DNA from: Solirubrobacterales bacterium
GTDB taxonomy: Bacteria; Actinomycetota; Thermoleophilia; Solirubrobacterales; 70-9
Length of the DNA stretch: 24,000 nucleotides
Direction: 5' to 3'
NCBI GenBank assembly: GCA_016712175.1
Contig: JADJRQ010000004.1
Span: forward strand, 47,843-71,842
The notes beneath the pieces are model-generated. The model saw only the letters and a program-made list of their open reading frames with translations, did not search any database and had not been told where the DNA came from. A program made the translations under genes and the position numbers. Positions within the stretch are counted from its first letter, which is position 1; the number at the start of each line of letters is the position of its first letter. Of the stretch, positions 7,643-15,697 are shown piece after piece.

Positions 7643-8761
7643 CTAGTAACGAAGAGTTGCGAGCACACCGCCTGCTTCGGCCAATGCCGGAACCTCTTCG
7701 GCCGAAGCTGAACTCATCCGGGCATCCGTGCGAAGTGCGACTTCGACCAGGGCTTCCTGGATCGACGCCTCCCCGGCATCTTCGATCGCCTGAATGGCAC
7801 CATCGGAGAGGATTTCGCTCTTGGTTTCGAGGTAGGGATCGAAAATCACGTGGCCGACCCGCCCTTCACTCAAAGCAAGAAGGGTCTCATCCGGGCCACC
7901 GGCGCCGCGATCGGCCGCTTTCACCCGGGCGAGCGCCTGATCGGCAACTGTGCCGACTGATTCGCGCCAGTCCTCGCGCAGTCGCTCGTCGAGATGCTCG
8001 GCGACGTCGGCCGACGTATGGTCGATCAGATTGATCGGAACGATTTCGATCAGGGATTCACCCAGCGGATCGGGCATCGAGCTTTCGAAATGGGATCCCA
8101 GCTCGCCGTCGGCGGCGACGATCAACCGGTCGTACCCGAGCTTGGAAACGGCGTCGGCGATGTCCGCAATCGAATCCGCCTGGAACTGGTTGCGCCACTC
8201 CTTGACCCGATCCATGAAGTTCACGATGTGCGCGCGAGTATCGTCGTCATGGGTGCCGAAATCGTCTTCCCTGTCCGAGGGCTCAATGTCTTCTGCGGTG
8301 CCGTCGAACCACTCGAGCAGCCGGATGTTGTCATTGCTCATCAAGACGATGCCGGTGCGCTGACCACGGTCAACTACGTCGACGATTGGCCAGACAACCG
8401 GGCCTGAATCGAAGGTGACAAAGCCGTCCCGGACGGGAATCTGGAAGGTGTGGAGTTCGTCGATCAAACCGTCTTCACTCAGGAAGCAGGCGATGCTCCG
8501 TCCCCTCTCATGGGCCGGCGTCTCCAGGATGCGGCGCTCGGCTTCTTCAGCCAGCCGCTGGGCCACCTTGTGGGATTCGTGGCCGGGATCGATCGCTTCG
8601 AGGGCATCCCTGATCCCGTTCTTCAGGCTGATCATCCAACCCGGGTGCTCGCCACTGTTCTCCGGTTCACGGGGATCGGTCCGGCAGAAAACCGAAAGAA
8701 CCTTTCCATCGGACTGCCGGTCAACCGTGTCTCGGAGCTGCTGAAGTCTGAAATCGTTCAT
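7643..8761 (-). CDS. Bacterial eRF1/Pelota-fold (baeRF / VLRF1-like) protein
   Basis: ORF-track 7643..8845 trimmed to ATG 8761, since MNDFRLQQLRDTV...KVLSVFCRTDP looks like the family N-terminus. The C-terminal third (ETLLALSEGRVGHVIFDP ... EALVEVALRTDARMSSASAEEVPALAEAGGVLATLRY) has the pattern of eRF1/Pelota domain 3. No GGQ or GGWSQ-type loop was seen. Call from pattern memory only. Confidence 0.55.
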   Translation of the reverse strand: MNDFRLQQLRDTVDRQSDGKVLSVFCRTDPREPENSGEHPGWMISLKNGIRDALEAIDPGHESHKVAQRLAEEAERRILETPAHERGRSIACFLSEDGLIDELHTFQIPVRDGFVTFDSGPVVWPIVDVVDRGQRTGIVLMSNDNIRLLEWFDGTAEDIEPSDREDDFGTHDDDTRAHIVNFMDRVKEWRNQFQADSIADIADAVSKLGYDRLIVAADGELGSHFESSMPDPLGESLIEIVPINLIDHTSADVAEHLDERLREDWRESVGTVADQALARVKAADRGAGGPDETLLALSEGRVGHVIFDPYLETKSEILSDGAIQAIEDAGEASIQEALVEVALRTDARMSSASAEEVPALAEAGGVLATLRY

Positions 8762-8893
8762 CGAAGGATCAAACCAGAACCGTGCCTGCGGGGCACTTCC
8801 CAAGCATCTCGAACCGATCGAGGGCCAATATGGTCGAAGATTCATGGATCGAGTCGAAACGGGCCGGGACCCGAATCCAGAAGGAGGTGACTG

Positions 8894-9505
8894 ATGGCAG
8901 TACTTTCCGCGGCGCTCATCGCTGCCTTCCTCCTGATTGTCTTTCCGCTCCGGTCGCTTCGCCGAAGGCTTCAGTTCGGCTCCGCCGCGCGAGCCACCTA
9001 CGGTCGGACCCGCCCACCGCTCTGGTGGGTGGCAGACCTGCTTTTCCTCGCCGGATTCGGACTTGTGCTGGCAGGGCCGATCTTGCAGATCGTGACCGAG
9101 ACGACGCTTCTGTTCGATCCGGTACCGGTCGTTTCCGTGATCGCCTTGACGGGGGTCGTGCTCGCCACGGGCCTGTCGGTCTGGTCCCAGGAGACCATGG
9201 GCGCCGCCTGGCGTCCCGACATCGGCCCGGCCGATCAGGCCGCGCTCGTGGCCACAGGTCCCTTCAGGTTCGTTCGAAATCCGAACTATGTGGCAATGCT
9301 GGCGGCAGCCTTCTGGGCCACATTGCTCGCTCCGACCCTCATCGGATTCGCAGGGGTGTTCGTCCTGCTCGTCAGCCTGGTTCTTACATCCAGGGCAGAA
9401 GAGCCTCTATTGATTCAGACCTACGGAGCGCCCTACCGGGAGTACGCCGCCAGGACAGGACGCTTTTTCCCGAGGATCGGCCTGATTCACGAAGACAGGT
9501 CGTGA
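8894..9505 (+). CDS. ICMT/PEMT-type membrane methyltransferase family protein
   Basis: 203-aa ORF with GGAGG 6 nt upstream of the ATG. It has multiple TM helices and the C-terminal motif GPFRFVRNPNY ... SRAEEPLLIQTYGAPYREY, typical of isoprenylcysteine carboxyl / phospholipid methyltransferases. Confidence 0.8.
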   Translation: MAVLSAALIAAFLLIVFPLRSLRRRLQFGSAARATYGRTRPPLWWVADLLFLAGFGLVLAGPILQIVTETTLLFDPVPVVSVIALTGVVLATGLSVWSQETMGAAWRPDIGPADQAALVATGPFRFVRNPNYVAMLAAAFWATLLAPTLIGFAGVFVLLVSLVLTSRAEEPLLIQTYGAPYREYAARTGRFFPRIGLIHEDRS

Positions 9506-9786
9506 CCTTTGCAGGCGGTGGGATCGGCCGGATCCTCGTCCAGCTTTTCGATTACCCGATCGGCAACCCCGGGCGCCGGTCGAAAGCTGACGGACTTCAG
9601 AACGTGGACCGTCTGTTTCAGCGACTCCAGCAGGCGATGGCAACTTTCGCATTCATCGACGTGGCGCCTGAGCCGGCTTCGCTCCTCCGGACCGAGCTGA
9701 CCATCGATCTCATCGGACAGATGTGACCTTGTCCAGCGGTGGTCGAGCAGGAACCCGGGCATCCTGATCAGCTTCCTGAAGGTCAT
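9487..9786 (-). CDS. Soluble zinc-binding anti-sigma factor (zf-HC2 / ZAS type)
   Basis: ATG 9786..9784 shares one base with the sigma-gene stop (TGATG). About 99 aa with no hydrophobic segment and the H-x3-C-x2-C motif (HVDECESCH). An extra Cys/His lies near the C-terminus (TACKGH). Confidence 0.7.
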   Translation of the reverse strand: MTFRKLIRMPGFLLDHRWTRSHLSDEIDGQLGPEERSRLRRHVDECESCHRLLESLKQTVHVLKSVSFRPAPGVADRVIEKLDEDPADPTACKGHDLSS

Positions 9787-10477
9787 CAAACGTCTCCTTC
9801 CACCAGTCCGGAGACCGCCGACCGGACCTTTAGCCGGGCCCGGTGGAGCCGGCTCTTGAAGGCCGCTTCGCCCACCGCCATGATGTCCGCGGCTTCGGCG
9901 GCGGACAACCCGTTCATGTCCCGGAGAACAATCGCCTGCCTCTGACCTGCCGGCAGGTCGGCGACTGCTTCGGAAAGACCTCGGCGTAGCTCCGAGATCT
10001 GGGCGCTGCGCGCGGGATCCGCAGTCCCCGAGGCGATGTCCCGGCCCGATTCGTCGTCGATCGAGAACGCCGAGCGCGACCGTCTGGTCGTCAGTTGAGC
10101 CCCCGGCGATTCGCTTCGTTCACACCGATCCGGTAGAGCCAGGTATAGAACTGGGATCGGCCCCGGAAGCTCGCAATCGACTTCCAGGCTCGAAAGAATG
10201 TCTCCTGAACGACCTCTTCGGCCTCATGCCCGGGACCGATCAGACCCGAGACCAGTCCGTAGAGCCGATCGGCGTGGCGCCGAACCAGTTCATCGAATGC
10301 GGCCCGGTCCCCTTCCTGCGCCCTCAGGACGAGCGGATCGTCTGTCTTCTCCCTCACCAAAGGCAGGTTAACAGGCGCCGGACAGCCGATCTTCACCTTC
10401 CTTCGCAGCACTCGCGGCGAAGTCAGGACACCGTCGCCGAACCCCGTGAACTCCCAGTCTGAGATCTCAGCTTTCAC
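9786..10477 (-). pseudogene. ECF (group 4) sigma-70 factor with an interrupted reading frame
   Basis: ORF 10091..10477 encodes region 2 (DDPLVLRAQEGDRAAFDELVRRHADRLYGL...ETFFRAWKSIASFRGRSQFYTWLYRIGVNEANRR) and stops at TGA 10093..10091. Region 4 (LPAGQRQAIVLRDMNGLSAAEAADIMAVGEAAFKSRLHRARLKV) continues in the -1 frame to TGA 9788..9786. The frames can be joined at the C5 run 10100..10104 (G5 on the coding strand) if one base is missing. GTG 10477 overlaps the upstream stop (GTGA). Confidence 0.7.
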
Positions 10478-11055
10478 GTGACTCCACTGGCCTGCTCCTC
10501 GCCTCCCTCTTGACGGGAGTTGCGGCGATTCAGGAGGTAGGCAATCGCGGTGAGGACCAGGACGGCCGCCACGGAGAGGATGAAGCCGATCGAAGTCGGG
10601 TCACGAATCGTGCTGCCCAGGGCGACGTAAGCGACGGTGCCCGGAACTATTCCGATCGCCGTCGCCAGTACGTAGGGGCGGAGTTCGATCCCGGTTACGC
10701 CTAGTGCATAGTTCGAGACGTTGAAAGGCGCGATCGGCAGCAGGCGAAGAATCAGAACCGAAATGAATCCGGTCCTCGTGAGGCTCTCGTCAAATCGAAG
10801 CAGGCGGGGTCCAAGGCTTGCGTGCACACGATCCCGCCCGAGATGCTGGGCGATCAGGTATGCGGCAGTCGCCCCGATCGTGGCTCCGATGACTGTCAGT
10901 ACCGACCCCCATACGGGTCCGAACAAAGCACCCGATGCCACAGTGGCGATTGAACCCGGAAAGAGAAGCATGGTAAGGACGACGTAGGCCAGGATGAAGG
11001 CGAGCGGGGCGAACGCGCCCGCCGAGTCGACCCAGCTTTCCAGTCCTCCGATCAC
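10474..11055 (-). CDS. TVP38/TMEM64 (SNARE-associated, DedA-superfamily) membrane protein
   Basis: 193-aa ORF whose GTG 11055 overlaps the upstream stop (GTGA). Core FPGSIATVASGALFGPVWG...GATIGATAAYLIAQHLGR...RLLPIAPFNVSNYALG is typical of this family. Multiple TM helices. Confidence 0.85.
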   Translation of the reverse strand: MIGGLESWVDSAGAFAPLAFILAYVVLTMLLFPGSIATVASGALFGPVWGSVLTVIGATIGATAAYLIAQHLGRDRVHASLGPRLLRFDESLTRTGFISVLILRLLPIAPFNVSNYALGVTGIELRPYVLATAIGIVPGTVAYVALGSTIRDPTSIGFILSVAAVLVLTAIAYLLNRRNSRQEGGEEQASGVT

Positions 11056-11651
11056 TTCAGCACCTTCACCGAAATGATCAGGCGCTGGACCACGGTGATG
11101 GTCACCATCCCGGCAAAGATCCAGGCGATCAGGGCGGCCTCTTCGGGCCAGATGCAGATGGCCGAGTAGGCGATCACGGTCTCCGTTCCTTCCGCGAGTC
11201 CTGTCGTGAACCGGAGGGATCGTTCGTCTCCAAAGTCAAGTGAACGTTTTTCGACCAGCGAGGCGAACGAGAGCAGGGCCACGTTGTTCAGCAGGTAGAC
11301 CGCGAGCAGGAAAGTACAAGCGATTCGAGCGTCCGGCACCGAGATCGCAACCGCGCAGATGAAGCCCCCGTAGACGACGAAGTCGGCCAGGAAATCCAGC
11401 ATTCCACCGAGGTCGGAAACGCTCCCTTGGCGTCGGGCGAGCACTCCGTCGAGACCGTCGAGGGTTCTGTTGAGGAGCCAGCCGGCGAGTGCCAGGCCCC
11501 ACTCACCGAAAGCGGCGGCGACACAGGCACCTATCCCTACGACGAGGCCGGCTGCCGTGACCAGCCCCGGACTGGCCCCGGCGCGGTCGATCGGTGCCGC
11601 AAAGACCTCGAGGACCGGCTGCAGTCTCGGGCGCGCGTAGCCGTCAAGCAT
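11052..11651 (-). CDS. CDP-alcohol phosphatidyltransferase family protein
   Basis: 199-aa polytopic ORF. It carries an exact D-x2-DG-x2-AR-x8-G-x3-D-x3-D signature (DGLDGVLARRQGSVSDLGGMLDFLAD). Its ATG 11651 overlaps the end of the radical SAM gene by 8 nt. Confidence 0.88.
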   Translation of the reverse strand: MLDGYARPRLQPVLEVFAAPIDRAGASPGLVTAAGLVVGIGACVAAAFGEWGLALAGWLLNRTLDGLDGVLARRQGSVSDLGGMLDFLADFVVYGGFICAVAISVPDARIACTFLLAVYLLNNVALLSFASLVEKRSLDFGDERSLRFTTGLAEGTETVIAYSAICIWPEEAALIAWIFAGMVTITVVQRLIISVKVLK

Positions 11652-13050
11652 CGGAGGCCGGTCCTGCCAGCGGAAGGAGGCGGGCGAGTGCGACGTTTTC
11701 CTCGGGATCCAGCACCGAATGCTGGACGCAGGCGGGGACCATGCGCCCCTCTTCCGGGTGAGCCATGCCGTACATGCAACCCTGAAGCCGTTCCTGGGCG
11801 GCTCGAACTTCGGAGTCTTCGCTCACCTGGCCTTTCTCCATGGCTTCCCAGGCTGGTCGGACCACGGCGGCGTCCATGAAGCTGTGCATCACGAAAGTGA
11901 CAGCTACCGGTCGGCTTCTGAGTATCCGGACCAGCCCACCCATGCGAGCTGACAGTCGAAGAAGGAACGGGACTGCGGCGGCGAGGGCCCGTGGCTCGCG
12001 TAACGCAGCACGGAGCAATTTCGCGACGAGGAGCCGGCGGCTTACGGTGAAATCGATCCCGCCAACCGAGCTGAGAAACAGGTCGCGCATCCGCACATCC
12101 CGCTGGTCTTTTTCATCGAAGAGGGTCCAGTAGCGCTCACCCGTGAACCCTCCGTATGCCGTCCTGTTGCACCTCGGGTCTCCCCACTGAATTGCCCCCG
12201 GGTGGAGTTGGCCTCCGGCCCCCTCCTGAATCCTTTCCCAGATCAAGTCGTCTTTCATCTCGCCGTACTTTTCCTTCCAACGGGCCTCGCTGCCGACGAA
12301 AGCCGCCGGCTGGAAGCTGAAGAGCCGAAAGCCCATCGATCGACAGGCCCGGATAACTCCCGGAATCTGATCGATATTCCCCGGAGTCACGGTCATGTTA
12401 TGCGCCAGGAAGCTCGTTACTCCGTGCTCGATCTCGAGCGTTTTGAACATCTCGCAGAAGTTCTTCCGGTAGGGATTCAAGTCCGACTCCTTTTTGACTT
12501 TCCTGATCCCCTTGCGGCCGTGCATGGTCATGTCGAAGTGTCCGGCGAAACTGAGATGTGAAAACCGCGGCTTCCCGGTTGCCGGATCGAGTGCGAGCTT
12601 CTCCAGGTACTCGTAGTTGAAGTCACCATGGGTCATGGACATCGGCTTTCGGCCCTGGTTGATCATCGTCTGAAGCGATCTGGCATGGGCTTCGGGTCCG
12701 AGCAAAGTGACCTCGCCGCCGATCAGCTGGGCGGCCTGTCCCGGGCCCCTGATTTCGTTTGCGAGTTGCATCTGTGAATCAACTTCGCGAACGGTGTGTT
12801 CCGCGTCGATCCGGACACGATTCGAATCTTTCGAGTGATAACAGGGTGTACAGGCCAGATTGCATCGGGGGAAGACTCCATGCGTCCCTTCACAACCCGT
12901 CACCCGCCGTCCCAGAAACTGGTTGGGAGTGCGAATCGCTTCGGGGATCTCCCGCCAACGACGCTCCAGGGCAGTTTTCAGCTCCGGGGGTTCCGGCCTC
13001 GACCTCTGCTCGATAGAGCGAAGCCGTATCCGTAGGTTCCCGAGGGTCAT
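11644..13050 (-). CDS. Radical SAM enzyme of unassigned subfamily
   Basis: 468-aa ORF starting at ATG 13050. CX3CX2C (CNLACTPC) lies at residues 63-70 (12841..12864) and is followed by the GGE motif (LIGGEVTLLG). The long C-terminal region ends in a Cys pair within QGCMYGMAHPEEGRMVPACVQH. Confidence 0.85.
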   Translation of the reverse strand: MTLGNLRIRLRSIEQRSRPEPPELKTALERRWREIPEAIRTPNQFLGRRVTGCEGTHGVFPRCNLACTPCYHSKDSNRVRIDAEHTVREVDSQMQLANEIRGPGQAAQLIGGEVTLLGPEAHARSLQTMINQGRKPMSMTHGDFNYEYLEKLALDPATGKPRFSHLSFAGHFDMTMHGRKGIRKVKKESDLNPYRKNFCEMFKTLEIEHGVTSFLAHNMTVTPGNIDQIPGVIRACRSMGFRLFSFQPAAFVGSEARWKEKYGEMKDDLIWERIQEGAGGQLHPGAIQWGDPRCNRTAYGGFTGERYWTLFDEKDQRDVRMRDLFLSSVGGIDFTVSRRLLVAKLLRAALREPRALAAAVPFLLRLSARMGGLVRILRSRPVAVTFVMHSFMDAAVVRPAWEAMEKGQVSEDSEVRAAQERLQGCMYGMAHPEEGRMVPACVQHSVLDPEENVALARLLPLAGPASDA

Positions 13051-13090
13051 GGTCTAGTAGACCCCCGTGGTGCCAGAACGGTTCGGGCCA

Positions 13091-13861
13091 TCACCGGACG
13101 CGTCCAGCGCGGTTGGCGGCAGCAAGCGCGAGGACGGCAGGAACCAGAAACAGGAGCGAAAGGGCCGCGGCCACCTCAAAGTCGCTGCCGATGAAAGGGA
13201 GCAACACCACAGGCAGGGTCGGACTTCCACCGGAAATCGCAAGTGAACTGCCGTACTGGCCCCACGACACCAGGAATGCCATCAGTGCTGCGAGAGCAAG
13301 AGTGGGCCGAGTCTCCGGCAGGGTCACCATCAGCAACCTGCGCCAGGGTCCGATCCCCATCGACGAGGCCATCTCTTCCGATAGCCGGAGTCGCCTGCTG
13401 AATCCGGTGGAAAGCACGAGGACCGCGTAAGGGAGCGAGAAGACGATGTGCGCGAGGACCAGACCGGCGACGGAGTCGGTCAGTCCGAGCCGAACGAACC
13501 AGCCGGTCATCCCGGTGCCGATGGCAAACGGTGAAATCAATATCGGGACCGCGAGCAGAAGAACGACCGGCCCGGGGTGGCGCAATCTACGCTCACCGAT
13601 CACCCTGGCAGCTGGCCAGGCCAGAAGAAGCGAAACGGCCGTCACCACGAAAGCGACCAGCAGCGACCGGGTAAGCGCCACCCCCGCCCCGCCACCGGCA
13701 AATCCGTCCCGGAAACCCCGCAGGCCAAACTCCTGCGGGATCAGCGACGGTGCGGTCCAGCTGTCGGCGAACGCCTGAAGCACCAGCACCAAAAAGGGCA
13801 GGGAGAAGGCGAGGACGACCGTCGTTCTCAAGGCCCCACTCATGCGGCCGCTGTTACGCAT
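13091..13861 (-). CDS. ABC transporter permease (second membrane subunit)
   Basis: ORF-track 13091..13906 trimmed to ATG 13861, which overlaps the upstream stop (ATGCGTAA). Six hydrophobic helices and an EAA-loop-like LSEEMASSMGIGPWRRLLMVTLPETRP. Confidence 0.8.
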   Translation of the reverse strand: MRNSGRMSGALRTTVVLAFSLPFLVLVLQAFADSWTAPSLIPQEFGLRGFRDGFAGGGAGVALTRSLLVAFVVTAVSLLLAWPAARVIGERRLRHPGPVVLLLAVPILISPFAIGTGMTGWFVRLGLTDSVAGLVLAHIVFSLPYAVLVLSTGFSRRLRLSEEMASSMGIGPWRRLLMVTLPETRPTLALAALMAFLVSWGQYGSSLAISGGSPTLPVVLLPFIGSDFEVAAALSLLFLVPAVLALAAANRAGRVR

Positions 13862-14687
13862 CCGATCTCCGTTGTCGTGAGGCGAGCGCCAGGATTCCAA
13901 CGGCAAAAGCGATCGAAGCAGCCGCGCCGACGAGTAGTGCCGCTGCCGCCTCGCCGGCCCCCGAGATCGCGTCAGTCTGGGTCACCTCGAGGGCATAGGT
14001 TCCGATCGTCGGCGGATAGTTCGGGCCGACTGCAAGCGGGACCTCGAAAGCGCTGAAGACAAACGCCGTGACGATGATCGATCCGATTCCGAGGGGCACA
14101 CGAACAGCGGGCCAGATGACCCAACGCAACCTGGCCCACCTTCCCATCCCGTGGACAGCAGCCATTTCGTTTTGCTCATCGAGACGACGACCCATTACCG
14201 CCAGAAGCAGCAGCACAAGAAAGGGCGTCTCCTTGAACAGGTAAACCAGCACGATGCCGAGTCCGGCCTGATCACGAACCAGATTGATCGGCAGGGAGCC
14301 GAGCACACGATCCGCCAGACCGCCTGGAGCCAGCCAGAGTACGGCCACGACAGCAACGATCATGTGCGGCACGGGGACCGGAAAGGCAGCCGCGGTACGG
14401 GCCGCGCTGGACCCCCTCCTCATTAGCGACGCAATCACCAGGGCGAGGAGCGCCGCGAGGACCGTGGCCATGGCGGTGGTGAGCAAGGTGAAGACCAGCG
14501 CGTCACCGAACACCGGATCGCCGAAAACTGACCGCCAGTTGTCGAGCGACCAGGAGTCGAGCCCACCCCCGAGTGGTGGAGTAAAACTCTGATCGACCGC
14601 CCCTGCCAACGCACCCCCGAACAGCAACACCGTGGCCGTAACCGCCGGCGCCAGCATCGCGGCATTTCGCCAGGCCGGCTGCTTCAC
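13854..14687 (-). CDS. ABC transporter permease (first membrane subunit)
   Basis: 277-aa ORF whose GTG 14687 overlaps the ATPase stop (GTGA). EAA loop is DEQNEMAAVHGMGRWARLRWVIWPAVR. Confidence 0.8.
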   Translation of the reverse strand: MKQPAWRNAAMLAPAVTATVLLFGGALAGAVDQSFTPPLGGGLDSWSLDNWRSVFGDPVFGDALVFTLLTTAMATVLAALLALVIASLMRRGSSAARTAAAFPVPVPHMIVAVVAVLWLAPGGLADRVLGSLPINLVRDQAGLGIVLVYLFKETPFLVLLLLAVMGRRLDEQNEMAAVHGMGRWARLRWVIWPAVRVPLGIGSIIVTAFVFSAFEVPLAVGPNYPPTIGTYALEVTQTDAISGAGEAAAALLVGAAASIAFAVGILALASRQRRSDA

Positions 14688-15697
14688 CCTGCGGGTATCC
14701 GCCAGAGTTGGGGCTCAGGCAGCGAGACTCCGACTTTCGAACCGACTGCCGGTGAGACTTCTGCCTGAACATGCGCTTCGAGCACGCTCTGTTCGCCCTT
14801 CAGGATGACTCGGACGTGAGTGCCCAGATAGACCGCTTCGATGGCGGTCATCTCAACCTGGCCACCGTCGCCGATGACCACTGCTTCAGGGCGGATGGAA
14901 AGAGTCACCTCACCGTCCGGCCCTTCGACTGCGATCTCCGATCCTTCGAAAGCAAGGTGGCCGTCCTTGACCATCCCGTGGATCAGGTTCAATCCGAAGA
15001 AGCGGGCGGTGCGTTCAGTTTGCGGACGCCTGAACATCGATTCCGGGTCGTCGCTCTGCAGGATTGTGCCGGCGATCAGGAGGGCGATGACCTGGCCCAT
15101 CTCGGCAGCCTCGGCCCGGTCGTGGGTGACCGACACCGTCGTGACCCCGCGGTCCTCCTGCAGCTGGAGGATGAGGTCCATCAACGAGGAGCGGCGATTC
15201 GGATCGACCGCCGAGAGCGGTTCATCCAGCAGGAGCAGTTCGGGTTCGGCGCATAGTGCCCTGGCCAGGGCCGCACGCTGTTGTTCGCCGCCGGAAAGGC
15301 CCTTCACGCCTCCTCCGGCGAACTCCCCCAGGCCGACTTCCTCAATCAACTCACGAGCGCGGCTTCGGCGCTCCTTTCGCGGAGTCCGCTGCGCGACAAG
15401 ACTGATGGCCACGTTGTCGAGCAGGTCCAGGTGGTCGAGCAGGCGGGGTTCCTGGAAAACCACCGCACAACCTCGCCGGTGAGCGGGCAGTGCGTCGATC
15501 CTCTTGCCCCCCAGGCTGATCGAGCCCCGGTCGAGATCCTCAAGACCAGCGATCGACCTCAGCAACGTCGTCTTGCCGGCACCGGAGGGACCGACGATCA
15601 CCGTTCTCGATCCCGCCTCGGCTTCGAACGTGAGGTCGTGGAGAATCTCGTCTGATCCCGGCGAGACAGCGATGCCTTCGCATTTCAGTCCCTCTAT
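14684..15697 (-). CDS. ABC transporter ATP-binding protein (PotA/FbpC/YnjD-like with C-terminal TOBE-like region); 5' end unresolved
   Basis: Walker A GPSGAGKTT, signature LSGGEQQRAALARAL, Walker B LLLLDEPLSAVD and H-loop VTHD. The track ORF starts at GTG 15601, directly at Walker A, which is too short. The frame stays open upstream to TGA 15757..15755 and encodes a normal N-terminal strand (IEGLKCEGIAVSPGSDEILHDLTFEAEAGSRTV), but contains no ATG/GTG/TTG. See findings. Confidence 0.8.
   Translation of the reverse strand: MEGLKCEGIAVSPGSDEILHDLTFEAEAGSRTVIVGPSGAGKTTLLRSIAGLEDLDRGSISLGGKRIDALPAHRRGCAVVFQEPRLLDHLDLLDNVAISLVAQRTPRKERRSRARELIEEVGLGEFAGGGVKGLSGGEQQRAALARALCAEPELLLLDEPLSAVDPNRRSSLMDLILQLQEDRGVTTVSVTHDRAEAAEMGQVIALLIAGTILQSDDPESMFRRPQTERTARFFGLNLIHGMVKDGHLAFEGSEIAVEGPDGEVTLSIRPEAVVIGDGGQVEMTAIEAVYLGTHVRVILKGEQSVLEAHVQAEVSPAVGSKVGVSLPEPQLWRIPAG

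Noticed and set aside
9487-9505. 19-nt overlap of the convergent 3' ends of the methyltransferase and anti-sigma genes
   Set aside because: Short convergent overlaps are common in compact high-GC genomes. There is no evidence for a functional antisense relationship.
8782-9726. 314-aa + strand ORF overlapping the methyltransferase
   Set aside because: It is out of frame with the 8894..9505 ORF, which has a strong RBS, TM helices and the ICMT motif. The longer ORF is Arg/Gly/Ser-rich and also runs antisense through the anti-sigma gene.
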